A stretch of DNA of 64,000 nt from Candidatus Nomurabacteria bacterium (GTDB taxonomy: Bacteria; Patescibacteriota; Minisyncoccia; Phycocordibacterales; UBA9973): positions 115,977 through 179,976 of the forward strand of contig JAPLXS010000012.1 in assembly GCA_026395965.1 (NCBI GenBank), read 5' to 3'. Each line of letters starts with the position of its first letter. The first letter of the stretch is position 1. The notes under the pieces were generated by a model. That model saw only the letters and a program-made list of their open reading frames with translations. It was not told the origin of the DNA and did no database searches. Shown one piece after another: positions 56,792-64,000 of this stretch. The translations under genes and the position numbers were made by a program.

Positions 56792-57311
56792 ATCTAAAAA
56801 TTATACCATAATGATGGTCACTTATAGCAATACTTTCTTCAAATTTAAAACCTCTTTTTTCAAATAATTCTTTTGCTAAACTTTGGTTTATAATATGTTT
56901 AAAATCTGGACCCATACCTTTAAATGAATCACTCCATTCTATAAATAAAACCTTGCCATCTGTCTTCAAAACTCGACGTGCTTCATCTATAACCCCAATC
57001 CTGTCTTCTGCTTGAAATAAAACATTTGAAATAATAACAGTATTTACAGAGTGATCAGATATCTTGGTACCATTATAAGTTTCTATATTACCCCAAATAC
57101 ATTCTATATTTGAAATTCCCCAATCATTTATTTCGCTTTCAAGTTTTTTTACTAAATCTTTTTGTACTTCTATCGCATACACTTTACCAGAATACCCAAC
57201 ACGCATACTACATGCCCTAGAATAGAAACCAGTACCTGCACCAAAGTCTGCAACTCGCATGCCTTCTTTTAGGCCTAAGTGTAAGATATTTTTTTCTGGT
57301 TTAGTAAACAT
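56784..57311 (-). CDS. Class I SAM-dependent methyltransferase (type 11)
   Basis: VADFGAGTG, GKVYAIEVQ and RVLK.DGKV..IEW. Confidence 0.85.
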   Translation of the reverse strand: MFTKPEKNILHLGLKEGMRVADFGAGTGFYSRACSMRVGYSGKVYAIEVQKDLVKKLESEINDWGISNIECIWGNIETYNGTKISDHSVNTVIISNVLFQAEDRIGVIDEARRVLKTDGKVLFIEWSDSFKGMGPDFKHIINQSLAKELFEKRGFKFEESIAISDHHYGIIFRYE

Positions 57312-57393
57312 ACTGATATATTATACTCCCAATTTATATAACATCAAAGTATTTTAATCAAAAATATTTTGATGTAGCTATAAAAATTAAATA

Positions 57394-59853
57394 TTACAAA
57401 AAAGTAATAGAAGCTATGTTGTCACCTGATCTTAGTTTCATTACAGTCACACCTTGAGTCTGACGACCAGATGTAGGTATAGAATCTAAACTTACTCTTA
57501 TAACTTGTCCTTTTTGAGATACAGCAATAATCTCTGTTTCATCTTTTACTATTTTTGCAACAATAAGATTTCCTGTTTTAGCAGTAACTTTAGCTGTCTT
57601 TATACCTGAACCTCCCCGTTTTTGAGTTTTATATTCTTTTATATTTGTCTTTTTTCCAAGGCCATTTGAAGAAAGAGTTAAAATAGAAAGTGAATTTTCT
57701 CCTTTTGGAACTTTATCAACTCCAATAACAAAATCTCCCTTGCCAAGTTTTATGGCTCTGACACCTCCTGCTCCACGCCCCATCTCTCTGACATCATTTT
57801 CTTTAAAACGTATAGATTGTCCCAATGTCGTAGCAAGCATAACATCATCTCCTTTTAAAACAGCTAGTACAGCTTGAAGCTCATCGTCCTTGTCTAGTTT
57901 GATAGCAATAAGACCGCTTCTACGCACATCCTTAAAGCTTTCTGCGCTTACTTTTTTTGTTATACCCATTTTGGTAACCATCATTAGATTTTCTATGGTC
58001 TTTTTTGTTTCTTTATCTATTGGGAGTATTGAGGTTACTTTTTCTTCTGCACCTAAAGATATGAAATTCATTATTGATTTGCCTTTTGTTGCACGCTTTC
58101 CTTCTGGTATGTCGTACATTTTTATCTGATATGCCTTACCAAGATTGGTAAAGAACAACAAATCACTATGTGTATTTGCAGATATCATCATAGTTACAAA
58201 ATCTTCTTCTTTGGGTTCTATGTCTATCACTCCCACACCTCCGCGCTTCTGTGCATGATATTCAGATGGGTCTGTACGTTTTACATATCCACCTTTAGTA
58301 AATACTAAAACAGATTCTTTTTCAGGAATAAGATCTTCTTCGTTTATAGCTTTTACTCCTCCTTTTATAATACGAGTTCTTCTTGTATCACTGTATTTTT
58401 CTCTAATTTCTTTAAGTTCATCAGAAATTATCTTCATCATCTTTTTAGGATTTGCAAGTAATGCTTCTAATTCTTTTATAAGTTCTTGTTTTTCTTTCAA
58501 CTCAAGTTCTACATTTTTACGTTCAAGACCTGCAAGCTTTTGAAGCTTCATTTCTAAAATAGCCACAGCTTGTATTTCTGAAAATTTAAATTCTTTCATC
58601 AAATTAAACTTGGCAATAGCTGTATCTTTGGAACCACGTATAACAGTTATAACTCTATCTATGTGATCAAGTGCTTTTTTAAGACCCAAAAGAATATGTT
58701 CTCTGTCTTTTGCTTTTCGTAAATCGTATTCTGTACGACGACGAACAACAATAACTCTATGAGAAATAAATTCTCCTAGTAAACTCTTGAGTGACAAAGT
58801 TTGTGGTACTCCGTCTACCAATGCAACAATGTTGAAGTTAAATGATTGTTCTAGCTGAGTGTGTTTGTAAATATAATTTAAAACTTTTTGCGGTATTACT
58901 CCACTTTTTAGATCAATAACAACACGTATGTCTCTTGTGGATTCATCACGAAGACCCTTTATACCTTCAAGTTTTTTCTCTTGAATAAGAGTAGCTATTG
59001 ATTCTATGAGAGCAGATTTATTTACTCTGTATGGAATAGAAGTGATTATTATTTGGAAAGTTCCACTTTTTTGCTCTGCTATTTCTGCTTCACCACGAGT
59101 TACAACTCCACCGCGTCCAGTAGAGTAAGCATGCAATAAATCAGCTTGACCATAAACTACACCTCCCACAGGAAAATCTGGACCTTTTATAAACTGCATC
59201 AAGTCTTCTGTGGTTGCTTCTTTGTTTTCAATAAGATGTACTGTCGCATCTATAACTTCGGCCAAGTTGTGTGGTGGAATATTTGTAGCCATACCAACAG
59301 CAATTCCTAAAGTTCCATTTAAAATCAAACTTGGGACAGAAGTAGGAAGTATTGCAGGTTCTTTTCTAGTTTGATCATAGTTTGATCTAAAATCAACTGT
59401 TTCTTTTTCTAAGTCTAAAAGCAACAAAGAAGATACTTTTGACATCTTTGCTTCTGTATAACGCATAGCAGCAGCATTGTCTCCATCAATAGAACCAAAG
59501 TTTCCTTGACCATGAATAAGTGGATATCTATAAGAAAAATCTTGTGCCATATTTACCATAGAATCATAAACAGCAACATCACCGTGTGGATGGTATTTTC
59601 CGAGCACATCTCCGACTACTGCCGCACTTTTACGAAAACGTCCTTGGTGAGTAAGACCCATTTCATGCATGGCATACAAAATACGTCGATGAACTGGCTT
59701 AAGACCATCACGAACATCAGGAAGTGCACGGTCGGTAATAACCGACATAGCATAGTCTATAAATGATTCTTTCATTTCTGTACTTATATCAACAGAAACC
59801 ACATTTACATGATCATCTTTTATTTCTTCTACTATTTCTTTTTCTTTAGCCAT
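57394..59853 (-). CDS. gyrA: DNA gyrase subunit A
   Basis: [22 protein letters not shown], catalytic AAMRYTE and the GyrA box QKRGGVG. Confidence 0.98.
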   Translation of the reverse strand: MAKEKEIVEEIKDDHVNVVSVDISTEMKESFIDYAMSVITDRALPDVRDGLKPVHRRILYAMHEMGLTHQGRFRKSAAVVGDVLGKYHPHGDVAVYDSMVNMAQDFSYRYPLIHGQGNFGSIDGDNAAAMRYTEAKMSKVSSLLLLDLEKETVDFRSNYDQTRKEPAILPTSVPSLILNGTLGIAVGMATNIPPHNLAEVIDATVHLIENKEATTEDLMQFIKGPDFPVGGVVYGQADLLHAYSTGRGGVVTRGEAEIAEQKSGTFQIIITSIPYRVNKSALIESIATLIQEKKLEGIKGLRDESTRDIRVVIDLKSGVIPQKVLNYIYKHTQLEQSFNFNIVALVDGVPQTLSLKSLLGEFISHRVIVVRRRTEYDLRKAKDREHILLGLKKALDHIDRVITVIRGSKDTAIAKFNLMKEFKFSEIQAVAILEMKLQKLAGLERKNVELELKEKQELIKELEALLANPKKMMKIISDELKEIREKYSDTRRTRIIKGGVKAINEEDLIPEKESVLVFTKGGYVKRTDPSEYHAQKRGGVGVIDIEPKEEDFVTMMISANTHSDLLFFTNLGKAYQIKMYDIPEGKRATKGKSIMNFISLGAEEKVTSILPIDKETKKTIENLMMVTKMGITKKVSAESFKDVRRSGLIAIKLDKDDELQAVLAVLKGDDVMLATTLGQSIRFKENDVREMGRGAGGVRAIKLGKGDFVIGVDKVPKGENSLSILTLSSNGLGKKTNIKEYKTQKRGGSGIKTAKVTAKTGNLIVAKIVKDETEIIAVSQKGQVIRVSLDSIPTSGRQTQGVTVMKLRSGDNIASITFL

Positions 59854-59957
59854 TCCGTATAAAGAGAGTCTCGGTTGTTATTATCTTATAACTCACCAAT
59901 CCTACAAATCTAATTTATAATAATTTTATTTTCCACACCTTTAGCAAAAATTTTTAT

Positions 59958-60332
59958 TTATTCTGTCTTAGGTTCTACAACAATAAGATCTATCTGTTTC
60001 CCCTTTTTCACTTCAGGAATATTTTCTTCTTTTTGTTTACCGAGTGATGAAATATTTCCTACACTAGCAGTTACATTTTTGTACGCATCTGAAATAGTTT
60101 TACTAAAAAGAGAAAAAGGTTTTACATCTTCTTTTGCTTTAACAGAATTTTCGTCATTAAATTTAGAACTAAAACTATTTATCCAAATAAATCCAACAAA
60201 AGACATACAAACAATCAAAGAACCTATCAGTATTTGTTTTCGTGTATCTTCAGATTTTGATTTTATTTTATTTATATATTTTCGCATATAATCTTGATAA
60301 TTATGATGATAAAACGATGATTTCTCCTTCAC
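59958..60332 (-). CDS. Small single-TM hypothetical protein
   Basis: K.K.E..RKQI followed by a TM; the true start may be the second Met (MRKYI). Confidence 0.55.
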   Translation of the reverse strand: MKEKSSFYHHNYQDYMRKYINKIKSKSEDTRKQILIGSLIVCMSFVGFIWINSFSSKFNDENSVKAKEDVKPFSLFSKTISDAYKNVTASVGNISSLGKQKEENIPEVKKGKQIDLIVVEPKTE

Positions 60333-60927
60333 GACCAGCCAATTCTTTTGATTTGATCGTAAGCTTATCTAATGGTGTTATTTTTTCTTGGCCAGCCTCT
60401 TTCAAAAAAGCCTTGAGTGTTGTGTCGTCATAATCCATAGGAACGATAATCTTTGGTTCAAGAGATACCGCTAACTTATATGCTTCTGCGGGGCTCAATA
60501 ATTCTTTGTTTCCAATAGGAATAAATAATATATCAGGAGATGATATCTCGCCACGAGTAGCTACGTTGAATTTTTCATTTGAAATTGCTCCAAGGAAACA
60601 CAATGAAATATTTTCAATAGACAATGAATAAATAGTATTTATATATTTTTTACCAGAAATTTCTGAATCTGTTTTAATACCTTTTATAAAAATATCTTTT
60701 ATTTCATAGTCTCCTGGGCCACTTATCTCAAAAGGAACTGCATCTCCATGAGATACCATATCAAAACCATTATAATCAGGATGATTTGTAGTAGAAAGAG
60801 CGATATCAGAACCAAATTTTGATATTTTTTCAGAATATTTAGAATCCTTACTTATAGGATTAAAGGCTACGGTCAAACTACCCTGCCCGATTTTAAAGAA
60901 TTGTTTTCCTAAATATGTGATAATCAT
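60301..60927 (-). CDS. MBL-fold (Lactamase_B_3-like) protein with degenerate metal motif
   Basis: MIITYLG..FF.I, GPGDYEIKD, DILFIPIG and LEPKIIVPM; the HxHxDH region reads TTNHPDY. Confidence 0.75.
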   Translation of the reverse strand: MIITYLGKQFFKIGQGSLTVAFNPISKDSKYSEKISKFGSDIALSTTNHPDYNGFDMVSHGDAVPFEISGPGDYEIKDIFIKGIKTDSEISGKKYINTIYSLSIENISLCFLGAISNEKFNVATRGEISSPDILFIPIGNKELLSPAEAYKLAVSLEPKIIVPMDYDDTTLKAFLKEAGQEKITPLDKLTIKSKELAGREGEIIVLSS

Positions 60928-61179
60928 GTTTTTATTATATCATCCTGCAGTAAATTTTGAAAGTTTTTAAATAATAAAAGTTACAACTTAAACTATTTTT
61001 AAATTTATAAAGACATATCAAATTTAAAGTAACAAAATATGCTTGATTAATAATTAAAAATGTAGTATATTTATATGTATTATAAGCTCGGTTTGAAGTT
61101 TAACCCTTTTTGTGTTTAGTTTAGAAAACAAAGAGATCTTCTGCTGTGCCGCGAGACGCGGTTTTTTTAGTAAAAAATT

Positions 61180-62310
61180 ATGAAAAAAGACAATAAAAGT
61201 GATATAGACAATATCGCAGAAAATGCAAAAATAGAACTTACTGGTATTGGTAAAATGTTGGACAAAGTAGAGCTTCCACCTCAAGTAGATGCACTTATAG
61301 AAGGTCCAGTTATATTAATCCAAAAATCATCTGTATATATCGACCTAGCACCATTTGGTACAGGTATCATATACGGACGTGAATTTATAAATGCTAAAGA
61401 CATAATCAAAAAAGTAAGTATTGGTGATGTTGTTAAAGCAAAAGTTGTTTCAACTGACAATGAAGAAGGTTATATAGAATTATCTTTGAAAGAAGCTAAG
61501 CAAGCTCTTATTTGGAGTGAAGCTGATAAAGCTATTAAATCAAAGATGCCTCTTGAACTTACTGTTAAAGAAGCAAACAAAGGTGGACTTATCTTAGATT
61601 GGCAAGGTATTGCTGGATTTCTTCCTGCAAGTCAACTAAAGAGCGAGCACTATCCAAGAGTTGAAGATTCAGACAAAGACAAGATATTAAAAGCATTAAA
61701 AATGCTTATCGGTAAACGTATTAGTGTTGTTATGATTTCAGCTTTACCTAAAGAAGGTAAACTAATCTTCTCAGAGAAAGATAACAACCCAGAAGAAAGA
61801 CAAGAAATTGTTGGTAAATACGCTGTAAACGATGAACTAGAATGCACTATTGCAGGAATCGTAGACTTTGGTATCTTCTTAAAATTAGAAGAAGGCCTTG
61901 AAGGTCTAGTTCATATATCTGAAATAGATTGGGGTCTAGTTGAAGATCCAAGAACTATGTTTAAGGTTGGAGATAAAGTTAAAGCTAAAATAATTGAAAT
62001 CAAGGATGGTAAAATATCTCTTTCAATCAAGGCTCTAAAAGAAAATCCATGGAAAGAATTTGAAAACACTCTAAAGAAAGGAGATATCGTTTCTGGAGTT
62101 GTAATAAAATTCAATAAACACGGTGCTTTAGTTTCTATAAAACAAGGTGTTGCAGGTCTTGCTCACAATTCAGGATTTGGTTCTGAGGAAAAGCTAAAGA
62201 AGACTTTGGAACTAGGTAAAACTTACAATTTCCAAGTAACTCTATTTGAACCAAAGGATCAAAGAATGACTTTAGTTTACTTAGAAGATGCATCAAAGAA
62301 AGTTGAATAA
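61180..62310 (+). CDS. rpsA: Ribosomal protein S1-like multi-S1-domain protein
   Basis: About four S1 repeats: NKGGL...GFLPASQL, DFG.F....GLEGLVHISEIDW and ISLSIKAL..NPW. Confidence 0.85.
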   Translation: MKKDNKSDIDNIAENAKIELTGIGKMLDKVELPPQVDALIEGPVILIQKSSVYIDLAPFGTGIIYGREFINAKDIIKKVSIGDVVKAKVVSTDNEEGYIELSLKEAKQALIWSEADKAIKSKMPLELTVKEANKGGLILDWQGIAGFLPASQLKSEHYPRVEDSDKDKILKALKMLIGKRISVVMISALPKEGKLIFSEKDNNPEERQEIVGKYAVNDELECTIAGIVDFGIFLKLEEGLEGLVHISEIDWGLVEDPRTMFKVGDKVKAKIIEIKDGKISLSIKALKENPWKEFENTLKKGDIVSGVVIKFNKHGALVSIKQGVAGLAHNSGFGSEEKLKKTLELGKTYNFQVTLFEPKDQRMTLVYLEDASKKVE

Positions 62311-62320
62311 TAAAACAAAT

Positions 62321-62351
62321 AAAAAATCCCTCATTTATGAGGGATTTTTTA
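62321..62351. terminator. Bidirectional terminator between rpsA and pth
   Basis: AAAAAATCCCTCA-TTTA-TGAGGGATTTTTT. Confidence 0.8.
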
Positions 62352-62903
62352 TTTGCTGTTAAATTTATTCATTGCAATCTCTTTTCCTTCTAAAATAATT
62401 GATTGTATAACCTCATGAATATTTGGAGATATTTTTTCTTTTATAATTTCTAAATCATTTTTTGAAAAAGCACCTAGAACATCTGGCTTACGCAAAATAT
62501 TATTTTCATCCAAGATAGAAACTCCGACTCTAATACGGATAAATGATTGAGATTTTAAATGATTCATTATTGATTTTATTCCATTATGACCACCATCTCC
62601 TCTATCGTAAGAAATTTTTATTTGATTAAAAAGTAAATCTATATCATCATGAATTACAATAATATCTTGAGAATTTAATTCGTACTTTTTTTGAATATAA
62701 GAAACAGATAAACCAGATTCATTCATAAAAGTTTGCGGTTTAATATACTCAATACCATCATCACGATGGTATAAAAGTTTACCTTTTGAACTTTTTTCCC
62801 AATTAATATTTTTTAAAATATTATCAAGAATAATCCAACCAATATTATGGCGAGTATTTTTATATTCTATTCCTGGATTTCCAAGTCCTACTATTAATAT
62901 CAT
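62349..62903 (-). CDS. pth: Peptidyl-tRNA hydrolase
   Basis: IVGLGNPG..Y..TRHNIG, KPQTFMNESG, HDDIDL and GGHNGIKSI; ATG at 62903 preferred over 62936. Confidence 0.95.
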   Translation of the reverse strand: MILIVGLGNPGIEYKNTRHNIGWIILDNILKNINWEKSSKGKLLYHRDDGIEYIKPQTFMNESGLSVSYIQKKYELNSQDIIVIHDDIDLLFNQIKISYDRGDGGHNGIKSIMNHLKSQSFIRIRVGVSILDENNILRKPDVLGAFSKNDLEIIKEKISPNIHEVIQSIILEGKEIAMNKFNSK

Positions 62904-63022
62904 TAATTTATAATACCACATATACCACTTACTCAAAATAGTTTATATTAACCACAAAAAATAAACACAACACACAAAACCCTATTCTGTCAATAGTATT
63001 TGTATGATAAAATATATGCTAT

Positions 63023-63643
63023 ATGGAAAATATAAACACCAAAATTGGAAATGAAAAATCTCCAGTTAAATCAAAATTTAAAGAAGGTCTTGAAAATTTT
63101 TGGGAACTTGTTAAGTTTGCAATAGTTGCACTCATAATAGTTATACCTATAAGAATGTTCGTAGCACAACCATTTTTAGTAAGCGGAGATTCTATGTTCC
63201 CTACTTTTCACAATGGAGAATATTTAATTGTCGATGAACTATCTTATATTATAGGTAGTCCTCATCGTGGAGATGTTATAGTTTTTCGTTATCCTGGTGA
63301 TACAAAAAGATTTTTCATTAAAAGAATTATAGGTTTGCCAAATGAAGAAGTTTCTATTAAGGACGGCATAGTTACAATAATAAACAAAGAAAACCCAAAA
63401 GGATTTACACTGGTTGAACCATATATAGATGAAAAATTTAACACAACAGACAATTACAAAACTGGAGATGGTGAATACTTTGTAATGGGAGACAATAGAA
63501 ACAGGAGCTCTGATTCTCGTGTATGGGCTGAACCGAACACAACTAAACTAACAAATAAATTAATAATAGGTAGAGCTTATTTAAGACTCTTACCACTCCA
63601 AAATATTTCTTACCTACCAGGATATTTTAAAGAAAATAAATAA
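63023..63643 (+). CDS. lepB: Signal peptidase I
   Basis: SGDSMFPT (catalytic Ser), FIKRIIGLP (catalytic Lys) and GDNR..SSDSR. Confidence 0.95.
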   Translation: MENINTKIGNEKSPVKSKFKEGLENFWELVKFAIVALIIVIPIRMFVAQPFLVSGDSMFPTFHNGEYLIVDELSYIIGSPHRGDVIVFRYPGDTKRFFIKRIIGLPNEEVSIKDGIVTIINKENPKGFTLVEPYIDEKFNTTDNYKTGDGEYFVMGDNRNRSSDSRVWAEPNTTKLTNKLIIGRAYLRLLPLQNISYLPGYFKENK

Positions 63644-63657
63644 TTTTATATAAATAT

Positions 63658-64000
63658 ATGGAAAATAAAAAAACAAAAAAAGAACCTCTAACATCAGTAA
63701 AAGGAATGCGTGATATTATTGATGCACAATATTATCAATTTCAAGGTTTTTTTGAAAAAGCTCAAGAGATAGCTGTGTATTATGGTTTTAAACCAATAGA
63801 GACCCCTATAGTAGAACAAGAAGATGTATTCACCTCTTCGATAGGTATAGGCACTGATATCATAGATAAGGAAATGTATACCTTAAAAACAAAAGGTGGT
63901 GATCATTTAGCTCTTCGACCTGAACATACTGCTGGAATAATGCGTAGTTATATTGAAAATGGAATGCAATCTTTACCACAGCCAGTTATGTTTTACAGCT
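63658..64000 (+). CDS. hisS: Histidine--tRNA ligase, 5' part (runs off the window)
   Basis: Manual translation: ...VKGMRDI...YGFKPIETP..E...F...IG..TDIIDKEMY......LALRPEHTAG. Confidence 0.93.
   Translation, partial: MENKKTKKEPLTSVKGMRDIIDAQYYQFQGFFEKAQEIAVYYGFKPIETPIVEQEDVFTSSIGIGTDIIDKEMYTLKTKGGDHLALRPEHTAGIMRSYIENGMQSLPQPVMFYS

Noticed and set aside
282-62114. Many short antisense or overlapping ORFs in the track (e.g. 282-464, 3164-3376, 4190-4537, 5620-5985, 28755-29192, 33767-34210, 48341-48649, 51048-51629, 54527-55096)
   Set aside because: They lie opposite or inside well-supported genes and show no motifs; these are shadow ORFs

Overview
Strongly AT-rich bacterial chromosome segment using genetic code 11. 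Gene content points to a Patescibacteria/CPR genome, probably Parcubacteria; this is inferred from the short AlaRS, stand-alone GlmU N-terminal domain, degenerate PriA, PaaX-like gene, arrays of CPR-type VirB2-like pilins and absence of biosynthetic genes. Housekeeping blocks are dnaK/grpE, the infA-rpmJ-rpsM-rpsK-rpsD-rpoA-rplQ-rplM-rpsI cluster, alaS, mnmA, mltG, typA, rseP, frr, mreB, priA, ybeY, ftsA, ftsZ, trxB and gpmI (1-33.6 kb), then the pilin array, gyrA, an S1-like protein, pth, lepB and hisS (52-64 kb). There are three tRNA genes: Val-GAC, Ser-CGA and Glu-TTC. An accessory region of about 17 kb (~33.7-50.5 kb) is anchored on the 3' end of tRNA-Glu. It holds five direct-repeat copies or relics of the tRNA-Glu 3' end and several GC-rich multi-hairpin 'tRNA-mirror' modules. 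One such module also sits behind tRNA-Val, and three of the four share a covarying stem with an AA-GCAG-TT loop. The region also carries self-contained ORFan cassettes, a large serine recombinase, a metacaspase-Ski2/Hel308 helicase fusion (candidate defence protein), and an export-less glycosyltransferase operon coupled to GrpB nucleotidyltransferase and 2H phosphoesterase genes. Dispersed 17-bp TTGGA-loop quasi-palindromes and heptamer tandem repeats occur across the window. All family assignments come from motif reading by eye; no searches were run.
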